A stretch of 32,000 bases of DNA from contig NZ_CP089976.1 of assembly GCF_022701215.1 (NCBI RefSeq), forward strand, positions 1,440,001-1,472,000, read 5' to 3'. Positions 1 through 9,295 of the stretch are shown in pieces. The stretch's first letter is position 1; the number at the start of each line of letters is the position of its first letter. The notes beneath the pieces were generated by a model. That model made no database searches. It saw only the letters and a list, made by a program, of their open reading frames with translations, and was not told the DNA's origin. This DNA is from Moraxella nasovis. GTDB taxonomy: Bacteria > Pseudomonadota > Gammaproteobacteria > Pseudomonadales > Moraxellaceae. A program made the translations under genes and the position numbers.

Positions 1-1756
1 GTCGCCAGCAGTGCGGATAGCTGTGAGTGATTTTGGTGTGATTGAGTAGGTGTCCGCTCTGTGCCAGCGTTTCAATGATTTTTGGCTGTGCCTTATAAAT
101 ATGCTCACCGACAAAGACTTTCGCCTCGTCCAGATACACGCCATTACCACCAACGGGATTTTCGGTCGGTAGATTGTTGGCACGCCCCACGTTATAATCG
201 TCCACACCGTGTGCAGGGGCGGTATGCACAAGCCCTGTACCGCTGTCGGCGGTAACGTGGTCGCCTGTGATGATTGGTACTTGACGTTCGTTAATAAGTG
301 GGTGCTGGGCTTTTAGGGTGCTTAAATCGCTCCCCTTAACAGTCGCCAAAATTTCTACATTTTGCAAACCGATATTTTTGGCAAAATCATCCACCAAGTC
401 ATGAGCCACGATAAAACTTGCCGTTTGAGCGATTGGCATAGGATTATCAATCGTATAATGCCACTTTTTGCCATGTTCATTTTCTACGTCTTTTTGATAC
501 ACGCCACCGATGTTTTGTACGGCTTTTTTGGAGCGTTCGTTACCTTGATGAATTTGAAAACGCACCGTGTTGCGGTGTTTAAAGGCGTAATTAAGCAGGG
601 CTTGTTTGATTTCGCCATTTGCCCCTGTTCCCCAAAATGCAGGCGTGATAAAGGTAAAGCCAATGCCAACGGTGCTTGTGGCAGGATTGTCATCATAAAA
701 ACGGGTCGTGCCGACAATCTCGCCTGTGGCTTTATGGATAATGGCAAAAGCTTTTTCTTTCACCGCTTTATCAAAAAACGGCTCAAACACTTCTGGCAAA
801 TGGCGTTTTTCTGGCATTAGCTCCCAAATGGTAGGGTCTTTGGCTTTGTTAAATAACGCTTCTTTGTCGGCTTTGCTTAGGGTTTTTAATAAAAAGTTGT
901 CGCTTTCAAGTTCGCTTGGCATGGCAAATGGGGCGACTTTTTCGCCTTTGATAACCGCATAATCAAAGTCGGCATGGGCGGTAATTGCTTGGTTGGCAGG
1001 CAGTGTCCAAGGGGTCGTTGTCCAAATCACCGCTTGCACGTTGCCATCAATATCTTTTAGGGCGGGCAAAGCATCTTTATTGACAATGTCAAAGCCCACA
1101 TAAATGGCGTCAGAGGCTTTATCTTGGTATTCTACTTCCGCTTCGGCAAGAGCAGAGCCACAGTCTAAGCACCAGTTGACAGGCTTTAGCCCACGCACGA
1201 TATGACCGTTGTCATAAATTTTGCCTAAGGCTCGCACGATGTTCGCTTCTTGGGAAAAATTCATGGTAAGATACGGATTATCCCAATCGCTAAGCACCCC
1301 CAAGCGTTTAAAATCAGCCATTTGCAGTTCAACTTGGCTTTTTGCGTAGTCACGGCATAGGCGGCGAAATTCGGTCGCATCAACTTTTTGACCGACTTTA
1401 CCTACTTTTTGTTCAACCTTTTGTTCAATCGGCAGTCCGTGACAGTCCCATCCTGGTACAAATACAGCATCAAATCCAGATAGGTTCTTAGATTTAGTGA
1501 TGATGTCTTTTAGTACCTTATTAACGGCATGACCTAAATGAATCTGACCGTTGGCATACGGCGGGCCGTCGTGTAGGATATATTTTGGCAGGCCTTTTTT
1601 GGCGGTGCGTACTTTGTCATAAAGACGGTCTTTTTCCCAAGCGTCAAGCCATTTTGGTTCACGTTTGGCAAGGTCAGCTCGCATGGGAAAAGGCGTGTCG
1701 GCAAGGTTTAAGGTGGCTTTATAATCTGTTTGTGGGGTGTTTTTTTGGTCGGTCAT
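1..1756 (-). CDS. ileS: Isoleucyl-tRNA synthetase, N-terminal ~585 codons; the 3' end runs off the left edge of the window
   Basis: Absent from the supplied ORF track because it is open at the window edge. Manual minus-strand translation from the ATG (complement of 1754-1756) gives [37 protein letters not shown]...[25 protein letters not shown] (HIGH motif), [23 protein letters not shown] and [16 protein letters not shown] (CP1 editing motifs), ending ...HSYPHCWR. No stop was seen in the stretch hand-translated codon by codon (about 1030 to 240); the remainder was read by eye, and the ORF track lists no separate minus-strand ORF elsewhere in the region. Confidence 0.95.
   Translation of the reverse strand, partial: MTDQKNTPQTDYKATLNLADTPFPMRADLAKREPKWLDAWEKDRLYDKVRTAKKGLPKYILHDGPPYANGQIHLGHAVNKVLKDIITKSKNLSGFDAVFVPGWDCHGLPIEQKVEQKVGKVGQKVDATEFRRLCRDYAKSQVELQMADFKRLGVLSDWDNPYLTMNFSQEANIVRALGKIYDNGHIVRGLKPVNWCLDCGSALAEAEVEYQDKASDAIYVGFDIVNKDALPALKDIDGNVQAVIWTTTPWTLPANQAITAHADFDYAVIKGEKVAPFAMPSELESDNFLLKTLSKADKEALFNKAKDPTIWELMPEKRHLPEVFEPFFDKAVKEKAFAIIHKATGEIVGTTRFYDDNPATSTVGIGFTFITPAFWGTGANGEIKQALLNYAFKHRNTVRFQIHQGNERSKKAVQNIGGVYQKDVENEHGKKWHYTIDNPMPIAQTASFIVAHDLVDDFAKNIGLQNVEILATVKGSDLSTLKAQHPLINERQVPIITGDHVTADSGTGLVHTAPAHGVDDYNVGRANNLPTENPVGGNGVYLDEAKVFVGEHIYKAQPKIIETLAQSGHLLNHTKITHSYPHCWR
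422..937 (-). other. In-frame GNAT (Acetyltransf_3 / RimL-RimJ-like) N-acetyltransferase domain inserted in the IleRS CP1 editing domain (residues ~274-445 of the ORF)
   Basis: Between ...[12 protein letters not shown] and [33 protein letters not shown], which are nearly adjacent in E. coli IleRS ([30 protein letters not shown]), lie 172 extra residues: [172 protein letters not shown]. The pattern DPxIWExxP...VFExFF...TGEIxGxxRFY...IGxTFxxxxFWGxGxNxExKxxLLxYAF...VxFxxxxxNxRSxKAxxxIG matches stand-alone RimL-like GNATs, including the acetyl-CoA loop (WGTGANG). Confidence 0.7.
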
Positions 1757-1942
1757 GGCGATGTCATCAGTAAATTGGCTAAATTATTATTAAAACTGTC
1801 AATTATAGCCTAAAACGCTGTTTTGATAAAGGTTTGTTGGTTAAAAATAAGATTTATATCGGGTTTGGTAAATTTATTTAAAGAGTTTATTTAAAGAGTT
1901 ATAGTGTTGCTGGCTTAACCAATCGTGATGTAGGTTTGGTCT

Positions 1943-3218
1943 TTATAGGGGCAACGACTGACTTGGGTTTGGCTCATAAATTTTTTGATAAATGACTTGA
2001 TAGTAGCCATCTAGTTTTTTATCGTCAATTGTGTAGATGTTTTTGATGGCTTGATGATACAGTATCGTGAATGTCAATATCACCAAAACACCACTGATTG
2101 CTCCATAAAAGGCAGTCAAGTAGCCCCCATCAATGACCCATGTGGTCAATAGCACGCCCAATGGCACAAATACGATACACACCGCCAAAAAGATGAATTC
2201 AAAACTTTGGCGAATGTCTTTGGGGGTGGCGGTTGAGCGAATGTGCGTGCTGTTGATATTAAACATCACAACGCCCATGCCAATCATCATCAAAGCCAAC
2301 AAAAACACCATAAAATGCTCACTTGTGCCAAGCCACACCCCAAAAGCCACAAAAAAGACACTGGCAGATGTGGTGCGATGATTGCCAATTTTTTGATTTA
2401 ATATTTTTATCAAAAACACACTGCCAATAATCATGCCAAGACCAAACGCCCCTTCGCCAATGCCAATATAAAAGGCGGATAATTTGAAGGTGTGGGCGAT
2501 TTGATAGGGAATGACATACGCTATCAGCGGGGTGATGATGAAGTTGGCAAGAGCGGATATGGCGACCATCAGCCGTTCAATGGGGTTGAAAAGTAGTATG
2601 CTTAGGGTGTTCGTGTTCGTATGCGATTGCGAATGCACTTGTGCTGTCTTTGGGTGTGATAAGTTGATGTGATAAAACAATAAAAAACTGACCGCAGACA
2701 GCCCAAGGCAGAGACTTAAAATGGTCAAGGTATCAAAATAATAAATCAAAAATCCAGAGATGATGGGTGATAAGATGGTGTTGATAGAATTGACAAAGCC
2801 ACGCATTTTAAATCCGCCACTTTTGTTGTCATCTTGGTACAGCTCGTTCACAAGGCTTGTGCCGATGGGAGTTAAAATGATAGAAAAAAATAGACGTGAT
2901 GATAAAAATGATACCAAAAATCAGATGGTTATCATGGCGAAATAATACTGCCAATCCTAGGCTTGATAAACCACAAAAAACCAATAAGAGCTTTTTGTGG
3001 TTGAGATGACGTTTGCTTGATAAATAAGAAAACAACAACAAAAACACCACTTGACACGCCCAAGAAATGCTAATAAACACCCCCAAAGGCTGTGATAGAT
3101 GTAGCGTATTGATCATCAGCCACGCAAATACAATGCCAATGGTTTTGATGGTAGTATTAAGGAGCGTCTCGGAGAGTTGATATAAATAAAAGTCTTTATT
3201 CGTTGAAAGATAAGACAC
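1943..3218 (-). pseudogene. MFS transporter (EntS/MFS_3-like, ~420 aa if joined) split by a frameshift into ORFs 2829-3218 and 1943-2917
   Basis: Both ORFs are strongly hydrophobic multi-TM sequences and are consecutive. The upstream frame ends ...IIFIITSIFFYHFNSHRHKPCERAVPR*, while the overlapping frame reads ...SSRLFFSIILTPIGTSLVNELYQDD.... Removing one T from the minus-strand T7 run (A7 at 2884-2890) joins them as ...ITSIFSIILTPIGTSLVNEL.... The 'start' of the downstream ORF is only an in-frame TTG. Confidence 0.7.
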
Positions 3219-3245
3219 AAGATTTGCCTTTGATGATGACTGATG

Positions 3246-3319
3246 GATTAAGGTGTTGTTAAGATTAAGGTGTTGTTCAAATAAAATTAACTAAGATGAT
3301 AAATAAATTAACTAAGATG
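3246..3319. repeat. Two pairs of short direct repeats in the divergent promoter region between the MFS gene and the NCS2 permease gene
   Basis: gattaaggtgttgtt occurs at 3246-3260 and again at 3263-3277 (period 17). aaattaactaagatg occurs at 3284-3298 and again at 3305-3319 (period 21). All copies are exact. Confidence 0.8.
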
Positions 3320-3664
3320 GCGATGGCTGCCATCAAGCCAATCAGTGTGCTTAGTATTTTATTTATCGTATCGTGAGAGATTTTTTGTGTCAAGGATATT
3401 TGGGCTAAAAATTGGATTGATGAATTGATTATGGGATTGATGATGGTAGGAATGATAAAATGTGCGATTGCTTGTGTCTTTATCGCCATCAAAGCCATCA
3501 TAAGGCAATGAAAGGCAATGGGCGATAAAGGGTAATGAAAGCCATAAAATCAAAAAGCGAGCAGGACACGAAAAGTTGGTCAAATCTATTCATAATTTTG
3601 CCAATAAAAGCTATAATACAAAACAATCAAAAATATCCCAATAGACGAATAAGCAGGTGTTAAA

Positions 3665-4957
3665 ATGAGTTGGTTTGCAACATGGCGACCTTATGCAGGC
3701 GATTTAAACAAAGAACCTGTGGCGACAAATGAATATCTGCCCATAGGACAAAGTGTCATGCTTGGCATTCAGCACGTGCTTGCGATGTTTGGGGCGACCG
3801 TGCTAGCACCTTTATTGATGGGATTTGATGCCAACCTTGCCATCATGATGAGCGGTATTTGTACGATTTTATTTTTTGTGATGACAGGTGGGCGAGTACC
3901 AAGCTATCTTGGCTCGTCCTTTGCTTTTATTGGCGTGGTGGCAGCAGCGACAGCACACGCCACAGGTTCTGGGGCAAATCCAAATTTGGCGGTGGCATTG
4001 GGCGGTATTATTGCTTGCGGTGTGCTGTATGCCTTGATTGGTCTTGTGGTGATGGCGACAGGCACTCGCTGGGTTGAGAATCTGATGCCACCTGTGGTAA
4101 CGGGGGCGGTGGTGATGATTATCGGTCTAAATCTTGCCCCTGTTACGGTCTCAACTGTCGCAGGCAAGCCTTTTGAATTGACCATGACGCTGATTACCGT
4201 ACTTTGTATGAGTGTGATTGCGGTGTTTGCTCGTGGCTTTGTCCAACGCTTGCTGTTATTGCTTGGTTTGGTGTTAGCTTACGTGATTTATGCCATTGTG
4301 GCGAATGTATTTGGCTTGGGCACGCCCATTGATTTTGGTGTCATTGGGCAGGCGGCGTGGTTTGGTGTGCCAAGTTTTTCATCGCCTGTATTTGATGTTA
4401 ATGCCATGCTCATCATCGCCCCTGTGGCATTCATCTTGGTGGCAGAGAACTTGGGGCATATCAAGGCGGTTGGGGCGATGACAGGTGAAAACCTAAGCCC
4501 TTATTTGGGTAGGGCATTTGTGGCAGATGGCGTAGCAACTGCCCTATCAGCAGGCGTGGGTGGTACAGGCATGACGACTTATGGCGAAAATATCGGCGTG
4601 ATGGCGGTAACTCGTGTGTACTCTACCATTGTTTTTGTGATTGCAGGCGTGTTTGCGGTATTTTTGGGCTTATCCCCAAAATTTGGTGCCATCATTCAGA
4701 CCATTCCAAGTCCTGTATTAACAGGTGCTTCCATCGTGGTATTTGGTCTGATTGCCATTGCTGGGGCAAAAATTTGGATTGATAATCAAGTCAATTTTTC
4801 CAATAACAAAAATCTGATGGTGGCTGCCATCACCATCATTTTGGGTACGGGTGATTTTGGTTTGATGATTGGTGAGTTTAATCTGGGCGGTATTGGCACA
4901 GCGACATTTGCAGCGATTTTGTTAAATTGGTTTTTAAGCTTAAGACAAGCGTCTTAA
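3665..4957 (+). CDS. NCS2-family nucleobase (uracil/pyrimidine) permease, RutG-like
   Basis: The 430-aa polytopic protein resembles E. coli RutG along its length as recalled from memory: LGIQHVLAMFGATVLAPLLMGFD, GGRVPSYLGSSFAFIGVV, RWVENLMPPVVTGAVVMIIGLNLAP, ILVAENLGHIKAV, TTYGENIGVMAVTRVYST. No other rut genes are adjacent. Confidence 0.9.
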   Translation: MSWFATWRPYAGDLNKEPVATNEYLPIGQSVMLGIQHVLAMFGATVLAPLLMGFDANLAIMMSGICTILFFVMTGGRVPSYLGSSFAFIGVVAAATAHATGSGANPNLAVALGGIIACGVLYALIGLVVMATGTRWVENLMPPVVTGAVVMIIGLNLAPVTVSTVAGKPFELTMTLITVLCMSVIAVFARGFVQRLLLLLGLVLAYVIYAIVANVFGLGTPIDFGVIGQAAWFGVPSFSSPVFDVNAMLIIAPVAFILVAENLGHIKAVGAMTGENLSPYLGRAFVADGVATALSAGVGGTGMTTYGENIGVMAVTRVYSTIVFVIAGVFAVFLGLSPKFGAIIQTIPSPVLTGASIVVFGLIAIAGAKIWIDNQVNFSNNKNLMVAAITIILGTGDFGLMIGEFNLGGIGTATFAAILLNWFLSLRQAS

Positions 4958-5000
4958 AGTTTGTGTCATTGGGCGAGTTTTTAGGTGTTTTAGAATAATA

Positions 5001-5753
5001 ATGACAAAAATCTTAATCATCGGTGCAGGTAAATTGGGCTTGCCATTAGCCAAAATGCTAAAGACAGCTTATGATGTTACCATTGTCAGCCGTAGCCAAA
5101 AGCCTATTGATGGTGTACGCCAAGTTATCAAGGATGTCGCCACTTTGACGACAGAAGATTTTAAAGAAAGTTTTGATGTGGTTTATGTGATTTTAAGCCC
5201 AAGCGAACGCACCATCTTAGGCTATCTACAAACTTATGTAAAAACAGCTCATCCAATCAGCGAATCAGTTTACTCCCCAAACACTCATCTGATTTATGTC
5301 TCATCAACAGGTGTATATGGTCAAAACCAAGGTGAGATAGTGGATATTCACACCAACCCAAATCCTGCCACGCCTAAGGATCGCTGTCTATACGCTGCTG
5401 AGCTATCCTATCAAGCATTTTGGCAACATCAACTGACAATCGTTCGCCCAAGTGGATTGATTGCAGGTGAAATTAGTAGCAGTAAGTACTTGGTGGAGCA
5501 GGCTCTTAAGGCAGCAAGTCCAATGGAGCGTCATTGGCTAAATATGGTCAAAAGACAGACGGTGATTGTAAATTTGGCAAAGATGGCACAACTTGCGGTA
5601 TCAAAACGTATCTTTGAGCAGTATATTTTAAATGAAAGCTGTCAGCTGCGGCATGAGATTTATAATAAAATCCGCCAAGACTATGGCTTATCTGCCATCA
5701 CGCCAAGTGATGCACCAGTTAGCGGTAAGCGACTTGTCGGCAACTTCGTTTAA
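5001..5753 (+). CDS. NAD(P)-binding Rossmann-fold protein (YeeZ-like / atypical SDR-epimerase family)
   Basis: N-terminal dinucleotide-binding motif KILIIGAGKLGLPLAKML, followed by LIYVSSTGVYG and LTIVRPSGLI, which are typical of NAD-dependent epimerase-like proteins. Function unknown. Confidence 0.55.
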   Translation: MTKILIIGAGKLGLPLAKMLKTAYDVTIVSRSQKPIDGVRQVIKDVATLTTEDFKESFDVVYVILSPSERTILGYLQTYVKTAHPISESVYSPNTHLIYVSSTGVYGQNQGEIVDIHTNPNPATPKDRCLYAAELSYQAFWQHQLTIVRPSGLIAGEISSSKYLVEQALKAASPMERHWLNMVKRQTVIVNLAKMAQLAVSKRIFEQYILNESCQLRHEIYNKIRQDYGLSAITPSDAPVSGKRLVGNFV

Positions 5754-5814
5754 GCTTAGAGCTACGCATATGAATAGCTATGCCAGAGCATGTCATAAGT
5801 AAACAAAGCTACAC

Positions 5815-6350
5815 ATGAGAAGTCTGCCAACGCTTTAAGGGATAAAATCAAGCTTATTGAAAATTATTTTGGCGGTGCTTATCAAGGCAAACGTGGTCTC
5901 GTGGTGTTGGCGGTAAAACGGCTGTATTTGGCTTATTAAGACATGATGGTTTAAAGCGTGATGGTAAGCTTATGCGATGGTGATAAAAGACACAAAGGTA
6001 ATACGCTAATGCCCATCATTACAAGTTTAAGTAAACTTAATCGTGGTGTTTATACAGATAGCCATAAGAGCTATAATGCTTTAGATGCAAGTGTTTTAAG
6101 CATTTTAGAGCAAATCATTCAAAGAGTTTATCGATAAACAAAACAGAGCCAATCACATCTAGCACCCGAAGCTTTTGATCGTAAGCTTAAGCGTGCACTA
6201 CGCAAATATAACGGCATTGACAAGAAAAACTTCCATCTATTTATTAAAGACGAAAGTTTTGTTTGAACTAGATTTGCCTATAATTAGCTGCCTATAATCA
6301 GCTTAAAGTATTAAGAAACTGGTGTGGCATTTAAGGACAATCTACTACAG
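5815..6350 (+). mobile_element. Decayed IS1595-family (IS1016/ISXO2-like) transposase remnant: N-terminus missing, at least 4 frame disruptions or stops
   Basis: Fragments in shifting + frames follow the collinear order of the IS1595 DDE transposase core: IENYFGGAYQGKRG; GKTAVFGLLRHDG; GNTLMPIITSLSKLNRGVYTDSHKSYNALDASV; HFRANHSK; LKRALRKYNGIDKKNFHLFIKDESF; LKVLRNWCGI*. No intact ORF of 61 aa or more appears in the track here. Confidence 0.65.
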
Positions 6351-6363
6351 ACCCTAAATAAGC

Positions 6364-6579
6364 CTAAATAACCCAAGTTTTTAGCACAAATTCAATCACA
6401 ATTTTAGCAAGAAAGCCCATAAAACCTGCCCCTAATGCCACAAAAATCCAAAATGTTCCTTGCTTGCCTGCATTGGACTTTTTGGAGATATCCCACATGA
6501 TAAAAAATAAGAATGCGATGAAGATGGGTAATAAAACGTACAGCCCAAGCATGGTGATGGTTTGATCGGAGATGGTCAT
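6364..6579 (-). CDS. Small two-TM membrane protein, DUF2788-like
   Basis: 71 aa with two hydrophobic helices separated by DISKKSNAGKQG. Size and layout resemble DUF2788 proteins of gammaproteobacteria (recalled, not searched). Confidence 0.5.
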   Translation of the reverse strand: MTISDQTITMLGLYVLLPIFIAFLFFIMWDISKKSNAGKQGTFWIFVALGAGFMGFLAKIVIEFVLKTWVI

Positions 6580-6762
6580 GATAATCTCTTTTAAATAAGT
6601 TTATTGGCATTATAACACAACTTACGGTGAGCTATTTTGTGAAATCAGCCAAAAACAGTCTTGATTTTGCTATTTTTATACGAATTTTAACCTAAGATTA
6701 AAAAATTTTGTTAGAATAAAAGTTTTCTTTATTAAAACCAAAAAGCACGAATAAGGCAAGCT

Positions 6763-8598
6763 ATGACAACCCAAACCGATCCGAAAACAAACCAATTAAC
6801 CCAACTTTTTCAAGCCACATTAGACGAGCTAAAAGCTGAAGGTACATTGCCTGCTGATTTTTACCCTCCGATTAATTTGGTCAGACCCAAAGACACAGCC
6901 CATGGGGATTTTGCATGTAATATTGCTTTGATGAGTGCTAAAAAAGCAGGCAAAAACCCTCGTGAACTTGCCGAAAGATTTTTGGTGCGACTAAATGCGT
7001 CTGATTTGGTTGAAAAGTGTGATGTAGCAGGTGCAGGGTTTATTAATGTGTTTTTGAATTTAGATGTTAAATTTGCCGTGCTAGATGAGATTTTTACAAA
7101 AGGCGAGAAGTTTGGCTTGTCTTGTATCCATAGTGGTAAAAAAGTACAAGTTGAATTTGTGTCTGCCAATCCTACTTCAAGCCTACACGTTGGACATGGG
7201 CGTGGGGCAGCGTATGGCATGAGTGTGGCTAACCTTTTAGAAGCCACAGGTTATGATGTGTGCCGTGAGTATTATGTGAATGATGCTGGGCGTCAGATGG
7301 ATATTTTGGCGACCAGTACTTATTTGCGTTACTTGCAGGCGTGCGGTGAAGCCATTACCTTTCCTGTGAATGCGTATCAAGGCGACTATGTCGTTGATTT
7401 TGGCAAAGTTTTGTTTGATAAATATGGCGATAAATACCGCCATGCCATAAGCGATGTAATAAAAGATGTGCCTGCTGATGCGGTTTTTGAGATTCAAGAC
7501 GGCGAAAAAGTGCAAGTATCAGGCGATAAAGAGTTACACATTGATGGGCTAATCGCAAACACGAAAGCCCTACTTGGTGACGCAGGATATGAGATATTTT
7601 TAGAATTTGCGTTAAACCATATCTTAGATGATATCAAAGAAGACTTAGCAGAATTTGGGGTAACTTTTGAGTGTTGGTATTCAGAACGAACCTTAAAAGA
7701 TAAGATTAATGATGCACTGGCTGTGCTTGACGCCAATGGGTATTTATACGAAAAAGATGGCAATATTTGGTTTAAATCTACCGCTTTTGGTGACGAGAAA
7801 GACCGTGTGGTTAAGCGTGCTAATGGGCTTTTAACTTACTTTGCTTCTGATATTGCATATCATAAGGATAAGTTTGATCGTGGGTTTGATACGGTGATTA
7901 ATGTGTGGGGTGCTGATCATCATGGCTATATCCCTCGTGTGAAGGCAGCGTTATCGGCAATGGGTATTGATCCTAAGCGATTAGAAGTCATGCTGGTGCA
8001 GTTCGTGGCATTATATCGTGGCGATGAAAAAGTAGCAATGTCTAGTCGCAGTGGGCAGTTTATCACCTTGCGTGAATTGCGTGAAGAAGTGGGTAATGAT
8101 GCGGCGCGTTTTTATTATGTGGCACGCACGCCAAATGTACACATGGATTTTGATTTAGAGCTTGCCAAGTCCCAAAGCCGTGATAATGCGGTGTATTACA
8201 TTCAGTATGCACACGCACGCATTTGCCGAGTGTTTGAAAGACTAGAAAAGTTTGGCGTTACCTTTGATGATCAAATGGCAAAAAATGCTCAGCATTTACT
8301 TGCGCTAGAGAGTGAAAATGAGCTGATTAAGCGTTTGTCTGCCTATTGTGAAACCATCGTTAAAGCTGCCAACGCTCGTGAACCACATATTTTAGCCAAC
8401 TATCTAAAAGACTTGGCAAGTGATTTTCACGCTTGGTATAATGACAATCGAATCTTGCCAAAGGGTCTGTCTGACAATGCAGCGACAGCAGAAGAGATAA
8501 CGCTCATGCAAGCACGTTTAAGACTGTCTTTGGCAGTCAAGCAAGTGCTTGCCAATGGTCTTGGGCTTTTGGGCTTATCAGCACCTGATGCGATGTAA
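6763..8598 (+). CDS. argS: Arginyl-tRNA synthetase
   Basis: 611 aa. Contains SANPTSSLHVGHGRGA (HIGH), YYVNDAGRQMDIL, VWGADHHGY, MSSRSGQF (KMSK-equivalent) and the C-terminal anticodon-binding DALR region. AAGG lies upstream of the ATG. Confidence 0.97.
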   Translation: MTTQTDPKTNQLTQLFQATLDELKAEGTLPADFYPPINLVRPKDTAHGDFACNIALMSAKKAGKNPRELAERFLVRLNASDLVEKCDVAGAGFINVFLNLDVKFAVLDEIFTKGEKFGLSCIHSGKKVQVEFVSANPTSSLHVGHGRGAAYGMSVANLLEATGYDVCREYYVNDAGRQMDILATSTYLRYLQACGEAITFPVNAYQGDYVVDFGKVLFDKYGDKYRHAISDVIKDVPADAVFEIQDGEKVQVSGDKELHIDGLIANTKALLGDAGYEIFLEFALNHILDDIKEDLAEFGVTFECWYSERTLKDKINDALAVLDANGYLYEKDGNIWFKSTAFGDEKDRVVKRANGLLTYFASDIAYHKDKFDRGFDTVINVWGADHHGYIPRVKAALSAMGIDPKRLEVMLVQFVALYRGDEKVAMSSRSGQFITLRELREEVGNDAARFYYVARTPNVHMDFDLELAKSQSRDNAVYYIQYAHARICRVFERLEKFGVTFDDQMAKNAQHLLALESENELIKRLSAYCETIVKAANAREPHILANYLKDLASDFHAWYNDNRILPKGLSDNAATAEEITLMQARLRLSLAVKQVLANGLGLLGLSAPDAM

Positions 8599-8610
8599 GG
8601 AGCGACAATC

Positions 8611-9282
8611 ATGAGCCATAAAAAGCGACCTTCTGCTGTTTATCGAGACATTGAAAATCAGAAAAAAAACGCTGTAACCAGTCTAGTGTGGCTAATATCA
8701 GGCGTATTTGTTATGGCTGGATTGGCGATCTTATTGTATTTATCGCCGATGTTTGGCAATCATCAAAACGCTGATCAAGCTGAGCCAGAGCAGTTAGTTG
8801 AGCCGATAGCAACTCCAGCTCATCCTGAGTCTGAGTATGAATTTTATGATGTACTGCCTAAACAAGATTTTAGCAGCACCCCTGATGAGACGATTGATTT
8901 TGGCGGCACGCAAAACACGGCAGACACAGTAGTCAGTGAGCAAGCAAATGATGAACCTGTGGCGACAGTCTTAGAAGATGATCATGTGACATCTAATGGC
9001 GATCAAGCAAATACAAGCACGTCAGATCAAGATGCTCAGTCTACGTTTATTTTACAAATTCGTAGTTATGATAACGCTGAAGATGCTGATTTACGCCGAA
9101 CCGATGTACTGATGGCAGGCGTGGATGCGGTGGTGGTTCGCCGTATCGATCCTAAGACCCAAAAGCCACTTTATCAAGTGATTTCCTTGCCAATGACCAG
9201 TCGTGAAGAAGTAAGCCGTGCCATGCGATTACTTCAAAGTAACGGCATTGATGCTTTGATGGTGGAACAACGCCATAAGTAG
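8611..9282 (+). CDS. SPOR-domain membrane protein (FtsN/DedD-like septal peptidoglycan binder)
   Basis: N-terminal TM (LVWLISGVFVMAGLAILLYL), an acidic low-complexity linker, and a C-terminal ~75-aa SPOR-like module FILQIRSYDNAEDADLRRTDVLMAGVDAVVVRRID...LYQVISLPMTSREEVSRAMRLLQSNGIDALMV. It starts 12 nt after argS. Confidence 0.8.
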   Translation: MSHKKRPSAVYRDIENQKKNAVTSLVWLISGVFVMAGLAILLYLSPMFGNHQNADQAEPEQLVEPIATPAHPESEYEFYDVLPKQDFSSTPDETIDFGGTQNTADTVVSEQANDEPVATVLEDDHVTSNGDQANTSTSDQDAQSTFILQIRSYDNAEDADLRRTDVLMAGVDAVVVRRIDPKTQKPLYQVISLPMTSREEVSRAMRLLQSNGIDALMVEQRHK

Positions 9283-9295
9283 TGATTATGGTATT

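Noticed and set aside
362-962. Track ORFs 362-820(+), 708-962(+) and 484-747(-) inside the first kilobase
   Set aside because: They are antisense or out of frame relative to a continuous, clearly homologous IleRS/GNAT reading frame on the minus strand. Their translations are low-complexity and show no recognisable motifs.
3277-3583. Two overlapping 74-aa minus-strand ORFs in the MFS/permease intergenic region
   Set aside because: They overlap each other in different frames, lack a convincing SD, and part of the 'protein' is simply the translation of the direct repeats (ILVNLFIILVNFI). A real small membrane protein cannot be excluded, but it is not supportable from sequence alone.
6861-7763. 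Multiple antisense ORFs within argS (similar sets occur inside gdhA, pilQ, the yedI-like gene, serS, aroK and the RND genes)
   Set aside because: Each lies opposite or out of frame to a strongly supported housekeeping CDS and shows a biased, motif-free composition typical of shadow ORFs.
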